From assembly GCF_009914755.1 (NCBI RefSeq), contig NC_060933.1: 64,000 bases of DNA, one strand, 5' to 3'. This DNA is from the human T2T-CHM13v2.0 reference genome, Homo sapiens. Under the pieces are notes generated by a model. The model worked only from the letters and a program-made list of their open reading frames with translations, was not told the DNA's origin and did no database searches. Of the stretch, positions 1 to 21,331 are shown piece by piece. How positions within the stretch are numbered: position 1 is the first letter of the stretch; each line of letters starts with the position of its first letter. The position numbers and the translations under genes were made by a program.

Positions 1-734
1 CGATTGTTCAGTTGCCATCTGTGGAACAGATTTTTCTTTCCCCATTGAATATTTTTGCCCCTTTGACAAAAGCAGTTGACTATATTTATTTGGGTCTTTT
101 GGGTTCTGTATTCTATTCCGTTCATCTATTTGTCCATTCCTTCACCAATATCACTCTCTTCATTACTTTAGCTTTGTGGTAAAGCTAACAGTAATGAGTG
201 TACTGCTCCTAAACAAGGAGTATCTGCATTTATTTATATATTTTTTATTCTTCCCAACCATGATCCAAGGTTTTCTGAATGCATATTTAGATGTATTGTG
301 TTACATTTATACTTAATAAATTCAATTTTGGGGGTGCTATTGTAAATGGTTTTTTTTTATTTCAAGTTCAAATTATTCCTATACATTATTGCTGATAGAA
401 AGAAGGTCAGGCAGTGCATGGTGGCTCACGCATGTAATCCTAGCACTTTGGGAGGCTGAGTTGGGAGGATCACTTGAGCTTGGGAGTTCTAGACCAGCCT
501 GGGCAATATAATGAGACCCACCCCCCCATAAAAAATAAAATAAAATAATTAAAATAAATAAATAAAAGAAAATCAGGTGGGGCTGGGCACGGTGGTTCAC
601 ACCTGTAATCTCAGTGCTTTGGGAGGCTGAGGTTGGACAATCTCTTGAAGCCGGGAGCTAGAAGCTGAACCCAGGAGCTGTGATTATGCCACTGTCCTCA
701 AGCCTGGGTAACAGAACGAGAACCTGTCTCTTAA

Positions 735-956
<222 letters not shown>

Positions 957-1079
957 TAATTTTTGTATTTTTAGTAGAGACGAGGGTTCACCACGTTGGC
1001 CAGGCTGGTCTCGAACGCCTGACCTCAAGTGATCCCCCCGCCTCAGCCTCTCAAAGTGCTGGGATTACAGGCGTGAACT

Positions 1080-1936
<857 letters not shown>

Positions 1937-2236
1937 TAACGTAGTGGAAACAACACAGGAAAATGGAAAAGTAGCACATTATCATGCTCAGGGCACTGCA
2001 CTCCATTCTGGGCGACAGAGCGAGACCCTTTTTAAGAGTAAAAAGAAAAGAAAGAAAATAAATAGAGTTTCGTCTACTAGCTATCTTTTTTTCTTTTTTC
2101 TTTTTCTTTTTTTTTTTTTTTTTTTTTGAGACAGAGTCTTGCTCTGTCGCCCAGGCTGGAGTGCAGTGGTGCGATCTTGGCTCACTGCAACCTCCGCCTC
2201 CAGGGTTTAAGCAATTCTCCTGCCTCAGCCTCCTGA

Positions 2237-2638
<402 letters not shown>

Positions 2639-2701
2639 TGACTTTGGGAGGCCTTGGTGGGGGGATCACCTGAGGTCAGGAGTTTGAGACCAGCTTGGTC
2701 A

Positions 2702-4296
<1,595 letters not shown>

Positions 4297-7200
4297 TAGT
4301 AGAGACGGGGTTTCTCCATGTTGGTCAGGCTGGTCTTGAACTCCCAGCCTCATCAGGTGATCCACCCACCTCGGCCTCCCAAAGTGCTGGGATTACAGGC
4401 GTGAGCCACCTGGCCTGGTCAGTGCTCCGTGTTTTCAGGCTCATTTGTTAACATAGTAGAAACAACACAGGAAAATGGAAAAGTAGGCACATTATCATGC
4501 TCACGCCACTGCACTCAAGCCCTGGGCAGCAGAGCGAGACCTTGTCTCAAAAAACAAAAACAAATGAAAACAAAACCAAAAACACCATTGTGTGCGTCTA
4601 ATGGAAGTGAACTCGTCAACAACAGTTTTTCTTTTGTTGAGAAAGTCTGTTTAATTTGCAGTGTATTTGTAATGGTACAGAAAATGTCTGTTTTATAAAC
4701 ATTCTCATCCTAAGTTAGTTGAAATGTATTAACTATATCAAGCTTTGACATGATACCATAAAATTAATTGAAGAAAGTCACTAATCTTTTTTTTTCCCTT
4801 GGCCTTGAGCATTTTAAATAAAATCAGATTTCGTTAAGGTTACTTAATACTGAGCTGTAAACCCGTATGGCCCTGCGGTGTCTTTTCTTATCTTTTCTTT
4901 TTGCTTTTTTTTTTTTTTGAGATGGAGTGTCACTCTGTCTCCCAGGCTGGAGTGCAGTGGCGTGAGCTCAGCTCGCTGTAACCTCCACCTCCCAGGTTGA
5001 AGCAATGCTCTGTCTCAGCCTCCCCAAGAGCTGGGATTACAGGTTCCTGCCATAATGCCCTGCTAATTTTTTTGTGTTTTTAGTAGAGATGGGGTTTCAC
5101 CATCTTGGCCAGGCTGGTCTTGAACTTCTGACCTCGTGGCCACCCACCTTGGCCTCTCAAAGTGTTGGGATTACATGCGTGAGCCACTGAGCCAAGCCTC
5201 TTTTCTTTTTTTGACATGGAGTCTCACTTTGTCGCCCAGGATGGACTGCAGTGGCACAATCTCAGCTCACTGCAACCTCCGCCTCCCGGGTTCAAGCACT
5301 TCTCCTGCATCAGCCTCCTGAGTAGCTGGGATTCCAGGCCTGCATCACCACGCCGGGCTAATTTTGTATTTTTAATAGAGGTGGGGTTTCACCATGTTGG
5401 CCAGGCTGGTCTCGAACTCCTGATCTCAAGTGATCCACCCACCTCGGCCTCGCAAAGTGCTGGGATTGCAGGCAGGCCTGAGCCACCACGCCTGGCTGCT
5501 TTTTTTTTTTTTTTTTAATTAAAAAAAATTTTTTTGTTTGTTTTTTGAGACAGAGTTTAGCTCCTGTTGCCCAGGCTAAAGTGCAATGTCCCTATCTTGG
5601 CTCACTGCAACCTCTGCCTCCTGGGTTCAAGCAATTCTCCTACCTCAGCCTCCTGAGCAGCTGGGAATACAGGTGTGCACCAGAATGCCTGGCTAATTTT
5701 GTATTTTTAATAGAGATGGGGTTTCACCATTTTGGTCAGGCTGAGCTCTAACTCCTGACCTCAAGTGATCCACCTGCCTCTGCCTCCCAAATTATTGGGA
5801 TTATAGGTGTGAGCCACTGTACCCAGCCTTCACATTTTTATTGATTGATTTTTTTTTTTTTTAAGAGAGAAGGTCTTGCTCTATCACCCAGGCTGGAGTG
5901 CAGTGGTGTGATCATGGCTTACTGCAGCCTTGACCTCCTGGGCTCCAACAATCCTCCTGCCTCAGCCTCCCAAGTAGCTTAGACTATAGGCACCAGCCAC
6001 CATGCACTGCTAATTTAAGCAGGATCTTTACGTCCCTCAGGTTTGTCTTTAACTCCTGGGCTCAAGTGATCCTTACACGTCAGCCTCCGAAAGTGCTGGG
6101 ATTACAGGCGTGAGCCACTGCACCCAGCCTAAGGTCTCCCCACTTTTTTTTTGAGACAGATTTTCACTCTTTTTTCTCAGGCTGGAGTGCAATGGTGAGA
6201 TCTCGGCTCACTGCAACCTCTGACTCCTGGGTTCAGACGATTCTCCTGCCTCAGCCTCCCAAGTAGCTGGGATTACAGGCATGCGGCTAATTTTGTATTT
6301 TTAGTAGAGATGGGGTTTCACCATATTGGTCAGGCTTGTCTCGAACTCCTGACCTCAGGTGATCCCTCGCCTCGGCCTCCCCAAAGTGCTGGGGATTACA
6401 GGTGTGAGCTACTGCGCCCGGCCCTGCGGTATTTTTCTTTTTTCTTTTTCTTTTTTTTTTTGAGATGCAGTCTCACTCAGTTGCCCAGGCTAGGGTGTAG
6501 TGGCGCAATCTCTGCTCGCTGCAACCTCCCTTTCCTGGACTCAAGCGATTCTCCTGCCTCAGCCTCCCAAGTAGCTGGGGCTACAAGTGTGCGCCATGAT
6601 GCCTGGGTAATTTTTTGTGTGTTTTTAGTAGAGGTGGGGTTTCACCATGTTGGCAAGGCTGGTCTCAAACTCCTTACCTCAAGTGATCTGCCCGCCTTGT
6701 CCTCCCAAAGTGTTGGGATTACAGGCATGAGCCACCACGCCCTGCCCCTGGGGTCCTTTTTAAGTGGGGATCTCTAAGGGTCACTCCAAGCTTTTCTATG
6801 CTAATCGGTGTATTTAAATTTTCCTTATTTTAGAGTCCATTTTGTTGTGTATTTTTACTAGGAAATCATCCATTTTCTCTCAGTTTCCAGTTTGATTCAA
6901 TAAGTTTCTCCTTTCTTTTATTTTTTATTTTTTTGAGACCGGGTTTTGCTCTGTCTCCCATGCTGGAGTGCAGTGGCGCAGTGGAGATCTCGGCTGACTG
7001 CAGCCTCCGCCTCCTGTGTTCAAGCAATTCGTCCTCAGCCTCTTGAGTAGCTGGGATTACAGGTCTGCGCCACCACGCCCGGCTGATTATTGTATTTTTA
7101 GTAGAGACTGGGTTTTGCCATGTTGGCCATGCCGTTCTCAAACTCCTGACCTCAGCTGATCCGCCCGCCCCGGCCTCCCAAAGTACTGTGATTACAGGCA

Positions 7201-7329
7201 TGAGCCACTGTGCCTAGCCAATAAGTTTCTTATTTGACTTCTGATTTATCTCTTTCTAGTTTTTAACAGAATTCTTAATTCTATGTATTTCTGCTGTTTG
7301 TTTCCATCAATAATATTTTAAAAAATATC

Positions 7330-7530
7330 TGGGGACTGTTGTGGGGTGGGGAGAGTGGGGAGGGATAGCCTTAGGAGATATACCTAATGCTCAATGACGA
7401 GTTAACGGGTGCAGCACACCAGCATGGCACATGTATACATATGTAACTAACCTGCACATCGTGCACATGCACCCTAAAACTTAAAGTATAATAATAATAA
7501 AAAAAAACAAAACAAAACAACAACAACAAA
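7330..7530 (+). mobile_element. 5'-truncated L1PA 3' end (~200 bp)
   Basis: L1 3'UTR (GATATACCTAATGC...GACGAGTT...AAAACTTAAAGTATAATAA) with A-rich tail; candidate TSD aaaatat. Confidence 0.9.
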
Positions 7531-7674
7531 ATATACTTATTAGTTTATCTTGTTTTCAATTGAGGGAATTGTTATATTAAACAATTTCTTATGACCCAAT
7601 GACAAGCTTTAATTATTTTAAAATAATTCCTGCCTAACGCAACACCTTTTGCAGGAATGAGCTGTCAGTGGTAT

Positions 7675-7870
7675 TGTTACTGACCAGGGTTTCTTGGCTC
7701 TCCAGTAATAGAAATTGACATGAGGATGAGCAAGTTTCCCAGACAAAGCTTTTATTTAGGTGTTTTGTTTAGCTTGGTTAAATTTATTTCACAAAGCTTT
7801 CGTTTTTGTGTTTTATATTCAAACACAAAGGAGGCAGCAGAAGAGAGAGAATTCTGTCTGGCTCCCTGAA
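7675..7870 (-). mobile_element. ERV1 LTR fragment (MER67/MER31-like)
   Basis: Minus strand reads AATAAAA...gtcaatttctatt...gagagccaagaaaccctggtcagtaaca, an LTR-type 3' end. Confidence 0.5.
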
Positions 7871-9300
7871 GAGTCAGGAGGAGAGTGTTTTTAGGGTCTG
7901 GCCCGATTGCCCAGGCTGGAGTCCTCTGGCACCGTCTCGGCTCACTGCATCCTCCTGGGCTCGAGCCATCCTCCCGCTTCAGCCTCCCGAGTAGCTGGGA
8001 CTACAGGTGTATACAACCGTGCTCAGCTAATTTTTGTATTCTTTTTGTAGAGATGAGGTTTTGCCATGTTGCCCAGGCTGGCCTCAGATCCCCCCAAAGT
8101 GCTGGGATTACAAGCATGAGCCACCATGCCCGGCCCAGTGGGTTCTTATTAAATTTCAGTAATTAGTTACGCCATTTGCCTTTCGTTCAACACTGAGATT
8201 TCGTTTTTCTTTCCTAATTATCTCATACATGGACTTTGGTTCCATTAAACTATTATTTCCTTGATCTACAAATTGCGGGTGATTCTTAGAGATTATCTAA
8301 GAAATAATTACATTTTGTTTTTAGAAAAACCACATTATTAACTTTACAACTGTTAGATACCACACCTGCAGTGACTTTAGGGATTTTGCTGGACAATGTC
8401 TTAGACAATTTGCTAAGGGTGGACATTGGGTGAATGGCTTGAGGGAATATGCATTAAATACTCGAGACACCCAGGAGGCTGCTGTGTCCCGTAAGAGAGA
8501 GCATACGAGACTGCAGGCCACTGGGGTTGAATGCCTTGGAAAGGGCAGCATGCAGGAGCACACAGTGTGTGGAGGTCATGGTCAGTCCTGTGGTCCTTGT
8601 TCTAAGGTCAGTGGGAACCCATTGTAAAAGTTAAATCAGAGAGTGACATGATGAACCTTCGGTTTGAAAATGAGAATTTTGCCATTATAAAGTTGAGATC
8701 ACCAGTTGTGGGCAGGGGGATTGTGCTCTTTCTGGTGGGTTGCACTGAGGAGAGCAAGCATTGGGCTGAGGTGTTTCTGCTTGGAACGCAGGGTCTGCAT
8801 CTACTCAGGAGAAAACACGGGGTAGACCCAGCTGGGAGTTATCTGCCAACGTTGTGAAACTGAGGGACAGCTCAGGAACATTCCAGAAAAAGGAAAACCC
8901 AATCCAAATGGAAAGAGACCTTTTCTCCCAGTTGGGGCAGGCAGTGAAGTGAAATGGGTCTCTGGATTGGATTGTCAGGTAGAGACCTTGTATTTCCTGA
9001 TTTGGGAGTTACGTGGTAGTTAGCTGGGAGGCTGTCTTTGTTTTGGTAAAATACACTGGAGTGTTTTGTGTGGAGTTGCTGTAACTGCTGAGGAATCTAA
9101 GAGAAGGGATAAGTTACACTTTACACTGCTATTGCAAGATTCCTAGAAGTATGAAATTACTGTAAAGTAAATTATAAACAACCACAGTAATACCATGTCA
9201 GTAAAGCAGAAACGACATCAAACTTCACTATAGAGGCCAAACCCAGTCCAAATTCAGGTCAGTGGAAGCTGTGTACCAAGCACCCCGGTGAGAGTCTGGA

Positions 9301-9600
9301 TGCTATATCAGTATTGCAGCTGTCATATCAGTATTGAGGGTGTCACGTGAGTCTTAGGGGTGTCATAGCAGTACTGTGGGTGTCATATCACTATTTCGGA
9401 TGTCATATCTGTATTGTGTGCATCATATCAGTATTGCAGGTGTCCCATCAGTCTTACGAGTGTCATATGAGCCTTACAGGTGTCATATCAGTATTATGGG
9501 TGTCATATGAGTCTTAGGAGTGCCATGAATCTTGTGGGCTTCACATCAGTCTTATGGGTGTCACAGCATCTTGTGGGTGTCATATCAGTATTACGATATG
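9301..9600. repeat. Diverged 20-bp minisatellite (~15 copies, consensus TGTCATATCAGTATTRYGGG)
   Basis: Units recur in 20-bp register, e.g. tgtcatatcagtattgaggg, tgtcatatcagtattatggg. Confidence 0.9.
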
Positions 9601-9621
9601 CCGTGATATGTTATACCAGTA

Positions 9622-9731
9622 TGATACCTCTTCTGAAAACACCTTCACAGACATACCCACACATAGTGCTTTAACAGCTCTCCGTGTATTCCTTAATCTG
9701 GTAAAGTTGACACCTAAAATTAACCATCGCA
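9622..9731 (-). mobile_element. MLT2 (ERVL) LTR 5' fragment
   Basis: aagttgacacctaaaattaaccatcgca is the reverse complement of the MLT2 start (TGTGATGGTTAATTTTAGGTGTCAACTT). Confidence 0.75.
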
Positions 9732-9999
9732 GTATTTATGCCTGATTCATGGCTAAAATTTCAGAATTTTTAAAAATTTTAGAATGAAAGCTGGGCACCG
9801 TAGCCAGACACTGTCCCTACATAAATATTAAAAAGTTAACTGGTTGTACTTGCACACATATGTAGTTCCAGTTACTCTAGAGGCTGAGGTGGGAGGATCT
9901 TTTGAGCCCAAGAGATTCATGCTGAAGAGCTAGGATTGTGGCATTGCATTCCAGGCTGCGTGACAGGGTGAGACTCTCTCAAAAAACAATCAACAGTAA

Positions 10000-12880
<2,881 letters not shown>

Positions 12881-13119
12881 ACACAGGCAGGCAAAGATAT
12901 TTTAATATTCTTTTAATTGGCACTTCCTTCAGTATTAGTCAGTGTAAGCAACTTTTCATTTATTTCTTAGTTGAGAGTTCTTTGGGTCACAAATCAGATG
13001 ACATTTCAGTATGTGTAGGGGTATGCATATGTGAGCGTGTTGATGTGTATGTGTGAGAGGAAGTGCAAACATAAGTATGACAGAATGAATATGCACACCT
13101 CTGTTCTTGTGTGCCTAGT

Positions 13120-13460
13120 GTGTTAGGGTTTGCTTAGAGTTTGATTTAGGGTTGGGGTAATGGTTAGGTTTAAGTTACGGAGAAGGGTTAGATGGTTAGT
13201 GTTAGGGTTAAGGGTTAGGGTGAGGGTGAGGGTGAGGGTTAGGGTTAGGGGTTAGTGTTGGGGTTGGGGTTAGGGTTTTAGAGTTAGGGTTAGGGTTAGG
13301 GTTAGGGCTAGGGTTGGGGTCAGTGGTTAGGGGTCATGGTTAAGGGTTAAGGGTTGGGGTTGGGGGTTAGGGTTAGGGGTTAGGGTAAGGGTTAAGGCTA
13401 AGGCTAGGACTAGGGTTAGGGTTTGGGTTAGGGTTTGGGGTTAGGGCTAGGGCTAGGGCT
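13120..13460 (+). repeat. Degenerate interstitial telomeric repeat (TTAGGG with TGAGGG, TTGGGG, CTAGGG, TTAAGGG variants)
   Basis: Direct reading, e.g. gttagggttagggttagggttagggctagggttgggg. Confidence 0.95.
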
Positions 13461-14352
13461 TTGAATAAACTTATATGGTAGCCAAGTTGTGGTTACAGTG
13501 GGCCTTGGGTGAGACCAAGTTCTATGCCTACTTCAAGTGTGTACCAGCATAGTCTCAGTGGTCGTGGCCTCAGGGGTGCTTATGTTACCCCAACTCCAGC
13601 TCCACATGCCTCAGCAGAGAAAGAGAGACTGCTGGTTTCAGAGAAAGAAAGGGAAGAGAACAAGATCTCTACTTGAAAAATCAAGAGAAGTTTTCTTGAT
13701 GTTAATCCAAGGCCACCAAAGCAGTACCTCTACGTGTTTGCTACTATGTATTGGGCTTGGGACCTAAGTCTCTTTGAACACCTGGAAAGTGTTCCCAAAA
13801 ATAATGGGCACCAACAAGCCCAGACTGTGAAGACTACAATAAAGACTGACCTCTTCAATGCCCACATATAGATGAACATCTATAAGTATCAAGGCCATCC
13901 AGGAAAACATGACCTCACCAAGCAAGCTAAATAAGGCACCAGGGGCAAATCCTGGAAAAATAGAGATATGTGACCTTTCATACAGGAAATCCAAAATAGC
14001 TGGTTGAGGTAATTCAAAGAAATTCAATGTAACACAGAGAAGGAATTCAAAATTCTATCAGATAAATTTAACGATAAGATTTAAATAAAAAGAATAAAGC
14101 AGAAATTCTGAAGTTAAAATGCAATTATCATACTGAAGAATGCATCAGAGTTACTTAAAAAAATTGATCAAGGAGAAGATAGATTTAGTGAACTTGAAGT
14201 CAGACTATTTAAAAGACAAAGTCAGAGGAGACAAAAAAGAATAAAAAATAAAGCATGCCTACAGAATCTAAAAAATAGCCTCAAAATAGGAATCTAAGAG
14301 TTATTGGCCTTAAAGAGGTGGTAGAAAAAGAGATAAGAGTTAAACATTTATT

Positions 14353-14650
<298 letters not shown>

Positions 14651-16455
14651 AAACATTTATTTAAAGAAATAATATTAAATAATTCCCCAACATTCGATAT
14701 CAACATTCAAGTACAAGAAAGTTACAGAACATCAAGCAGATTTAACCCAAAGAAGACCACCTCAAGGCACTTAACTGAACTCCCAAAGGTTAAGGATAAA
14801 GAAATGATTCTAAAAGCAGCGAGAGAAGAGACACAAATAACATTCAGTGGAACTCCAATACATCTGACAGCAGACTTTTCAGGGGAAAATTTACAGGCTG
14901 AGAGTGGCATGACATATTAAAAAAGCTGAAGAAAAAAAAGACTTTTACCTTAGGATAATGTATTTGGCAAAAAGTCCTTTAAACTTGACAGAGAAATGAG
15001 AACTTTTTCCGACAAACAAAAACTGAGGTATTTCATTAACACCAGACCTGTCCTACAAGAAATGCTAAAGGGAGTTCTTAGCCTGAAAGAAAAAAAGTGA
15101 GTGAGCAATAAGAAGTCATCTGAAGGTACAGAACTCAACTAGTAATAGCACATGGAAAAACACAGAATATTATAACATGGTAATTATGGTGTGCAAAAAT
15201 CTCAAATAGAGTAAACAATAAACCAGTAAAAAATAACTACAACATATTTCCAAGACATAGACAGTAAAATAGGGAAGGAAGAGAAACAACAAAAAGTTTA
15301 AAAGAATGGCAATGGAGTTAAAGTGTAGAGTTTTTATTAGTTGCTTTGCTTGTTTCTTTGTTTATGCAATCAATGTTAAATTGTCCACAGTCTAAAATGA
15401 TGTGTTATATTATATTCAAGCCTCATGAAAATTTTAAATCAAAAAGCATACCACAGATGTACAAAAAGTAAAAAGCAATAAATTAGATAATATTAAAGGA
15501 TAAATCACCTTCACTAAAAGGAAGACAGGAAGAAAGAAAAGAACGATGAGAGGACAAAAGTTAATCAGAAAACAAGTAACAAAATGGCAGGAGTAAGTGC
15601 TTATCAATAATAACATTGAATGTACATGAACAAAATACTCTAATCAAAAGACAAATAGTGGATGAATGGATAGAGAAGCAAGACAATAATCTGTGACCTG
15701 CAAAAAAAAAATACTTTACCTATAAAGATACATTTAGACTGAAAATAAAACGATGGAAAAAGTTATTCCATGCCAATAGAAACCAAAAAAGAGCAGAAAT
15801 AGCTTTACTTATACCAGACAAAAATAGATTTCAACAAAAGACTGTAGGAAGATATTAAGAAGGTCATTATATAATAATAAAGAGATCAATTCTTCAAGAG
15901 GATATAATTGGAAATATATATGCACCCAACACTAAAGCACCTAGATAAACGGAGCAAATACTATAAGAGCTAAAGAAAGAGACATCAATACAATAATGGC
16001 TGAACACTTCGACACCCTACTTTAGTCATTGGATAGACCTTCCAGACAGAAAATCAACAAAGAAACATCAGACTTAATCTGCACTGTGTAACAAATGAAC
16101 CTAATAGATATTTACAGAAAATTTCATCCAACAGCTGCAGAATACACATTCTTCTCTGCACATGGGTTATTTTCAAGGATAGACCATATGTTAAGTAACA
16201 AGTCTAAAAGCATTAAAAAAATTTGAAGTAATTTCAAGCATTTTCTCTGACCACAATGGAACAAACTAGAAATTGATTAAAAAATGAATTTCAGAAACTA
16301 TACAAACACTTGGACATTAAACAATATGCTCTTGAATGATCAGTAGGTCAATAAAAATGTTAAAAAGAAAATGGAAAAACTTCTTGAAACAAATAATAGA
16401 AACATAGCATAGCAAAACCTGTGGAATATGGTAAAAGAGGTACTATTATAAAAGG

Positions 16456-17752
<1,297 letters not shown>

Positions 17753-18217
17753 TCAGAAAATCAAAAGATCATTAGTGGCTACTATAAGTAATTGTATGCC
17801 AACAAATTAGAAAACCTAGAGGAAATTAATTCTTAGACACACACAACTTACCAAGAGTGAACTAGGAAAAAATCTAAAACCTGAACAGACCAATAACAAG
17901 TAACAAAATTAAAGCCATAATAAAAAAGTCTATAGGACCAGACTGAAAAATAGAGAAGGAAAGAACATTTCCAAACTCATTCTTTGAGGCTGGTATTACA
18001 CTGATATGAAAACAAGACAAAGACACATTTAAAAAGCAAACTGCAGGCCCATATTTGAGAATATTGATGCAAAAATTTGCAAAAAACCTAGTAAATGCAA
18101 TTAAACAATACATAAATAGGTAATTCATAATGACCAAGTGGAATTTATCCCAGAGATACAAGGATGGTTCAACATGCAAATCAGTCAATGTGATATATCA
18201 TATAAACAGAATGAAGG

Positions 18218-18508
<291 letters not shown>

Positions 18509-18878
18509 AAGGACAAAATCCATGTAATCATTTCCATTATGCTAAAAAAGTATTTGATAAAATTTAATATTCTTTAATAATAAACCCTTTGAAAACTGGG
18601 TATGGAATGAACATATCTCAACATAATAAAAGTCATATATGACAGACCCACAGCTAGTATCATACTAAGTAGGGAAAAACTAAAAGCCTTTCCTCTAAAC
18701 TCTGGAAGATGACAAGAATATCCACTTTTACCACTGTTATTCAACATAATTCTGAAAGTCCTATCTGGAGCAATCAGACAAGAGAAAGCAATAAAAGGCA
18801 TCCCAATTGGAAAAGAAGTCAAATTATTGTTTTTGCCAGTGATGTAATCTTATATTTGGAAAAACATAAAGACTCCTC

Positions 18879-21331
18879 TGATAGGGTTTGAACGTGTGTC
18901 CCCTCCCAAATCTCATATTTAAATGTAATTCTCCATGTTGGAGGTGGGCCAGGTGATTTAACCATTGGGGTGGATTACTCATAAATGGCTTAGCACCATC
19001 CCACTTGGTACTATCTTCATGATAGTGAGTGAGTTCCCATAAGACCTGGTTATTTAAAAGTGTGTAACAACTCGCCCCTCTGTTTTTTGCTCCTGCTTTT
19101 TGCCCTGTGATGTGCAAGATTCTGCTTCAACTTTTGCCATGACTCTAAACTTCCAGGGGCCTTCCCAGAAGTGCATGCCAGTGCTGTGTCTTCTCTACAG
19201 CCTGTAGAATCATGAGCCACTTAAACCTCCTTTTTAAAAAATAAATTGCCCAGTCTCAGGTATTTATAGTGATGGGAAAAAAGCTTAATACAGAAAATTG
19301 GCACAAAGGAGTGGAAAATTGTTATAAGAATACCTGAAAATGTGGAATCAGCTTTGTAGTTGGGTAAACAGGCAGAGGTTGGAAGAGTTTGTAGGACTCA
19401 GAAGAAGACAGAAAAATGAGGGAAAGTTGAGATTTTCTTAACTTTGAATGGCTGTGACCAAAATGCTGATAGTGACCTGGACAGTGAAGGCTGAGCTGAG
19501 GAGGTCTCAGATGAAAATTAGAAAATTAGGACCAAAGCAAAGGTCATTCATGTTGTCTTAGCAAAGTGGTTGGCTGAATTTTTGTCATGCCCTAGGGATA
19601 TATAAAAGTTTAAATTTGAAAGCGATGATTTAGGGCTTCTGTTGGAAAAATGTCTAAGCACCAAAGCGTTCAAGATGTGGCCTGGCTGCTTCTAACAACC
19701 TATGCTCACACGTTGGAGCAAAAAAAAGTAACTTGTAATTTATTTTTACTTGCAAGGGAAGCATAGCGTAAAAGCTTAAAAACTTTGCAGCCTAGTCATG
19801 TGGCAGAAAAATAAAAAGCTTTTACAAGAGAGGAACTCGAGCAGGCTGTGGAGCAATCACTTGTTAGAGATATTTGTATAACTTAAAAAAAAAAGCAAGT
19901 GTTGATAGCCAAGACAATGGGAAAGAGGAATTGAAGGCATTTTAGAAATCTAAAAGGCAGCCCCCCATCACAAACCCTGAGGCCTAAAAGAAGAGAATAG
20001 TTTCTGGGATCAGGCCCAGGAACTGCTGCCTTGGGTAGCCTTAGAACATGGCTCCCTGCATCCTGGCCACTGCTCCAGCTCCAGGTGTAGCACAAATTGG
20101 CCCAGTTACAACTCCAGTCACTGCTTCAGAGGGTGCAAGCCATAAGCCTTGGTAGCTTTCATATGGTGTTAGGCCTGTGAGTGTACAAAAATGCAAGAGT
20201 TGAGACTTGGGAGTCTCCACCTTTACTTCAAATAATGTATAAAAAAGCCAGGGTGTGCAGGCAGAAGCATGCTGCAGGGGTGGAGCCCTTATGAAGAACC
20301 TCTACTAAAACAATGCAGAGAAGAAATGTAGGGTTACAGTCCCCATGTGGGCTGCCTACTGGGGCATGGCCTAGTAGACCTGTGAGGAGAGGATCACTGT
20401 CCTCCAGACCCTGGAATGGTAGATCTAGCTACAGCTTGCACTTTGCACCTGGAAAAGCCAGAAGCACACAAAACCAGCCAGAGGCACACAATACCAGCCC
20501 ATGAGAGCAGCTGTGGGGGCTGAACCATGAAAAGCCACAAGGTCTAAACGTCCCAAGGCATTACTGTGCCCTGGAAATGGGACATAGAGTCAAAAATAAT
20601 TATTTTAGAGCCTTAAAATTCAATAACTCCCCTTCTGGGTTTCAGACTTGCATGGGTCCTGTGGCCTCTTTCTTTTGGCTGATTTCTTCCTTTTAGAATA
20701 GGAGTATTTACCCAATGCCTATGCCCCATTTTTATCTTGGAAGTACTTAATTTGTTTTTTATTTTACAGGCTTATAGGAGGAATAAACTAGCTTTGTCTT
20801 AGATGAGACTTTTGACTTTTGAGTTAAGGCTGAAATGAGTTAAGACTTTGGGGATTATTGGGATGTCATGATTGTATTTTGAAATATGAGAAGGATATGA
20901 GATTTGGAATGGCCAGGGGCAAAATGATATAGTTTAGGTGTGTGTTCCCACCAAAATCTTACATTGAAATGTAATCCTCAATGTTGGAAGTGGGCCTAGT
21001 GGGGAGGTGATTGAATCATGAGGGCAGGATTTCATGAACAGTTTGGCATCATTTCCTTTGGTGCCATTCTCACAATAGTAAGTTTTCATGAGAGCTGGTT
21101 ATCTACAAGTGCGTAGCATTTCCCCCCTGCCCTTGCACTTACCATGTGATGTGCAAGCACCGGATTTATTTTTCACCTTGATTGTCAGTTGTCAGAGGCT
21201 TCACCAGAAGCAGAAGCCAGTGCTATGCTTTCTGTACAGCCTGTAGAACCATGAGCCAATGAAACCTATTTCCTTTATAAATTAACTAGTCACCGATTAT
21301 TTTTACAGCAATGTGAGAATGGCCTAATATA
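18879..21331 (+). mobile_element. MST-family MaLR provirus (LTR 18879-19292, internal, LTR 20925-21331)
   Basis: Two related TG...AATAYA LTRs flanking an MST-int-like internal region (gaaaattggcac...atacctgaaaatgtgga...ccaggggcaaaa); host L1 resumes in register afterwards. Confidence 0.88.

Noticed and set aside
9301-9600. CRISPR-like periodic array
   Set aside because: Contiguous diverged 20-mers with no unique spacers, in primate DNA with no cas genes
13120-13460. True telomere or canonical TERRA promoter
   Set aside because: Short, degenerate and internal; no recognisable TAR1 or 29/37/61-bp repeats adjacent
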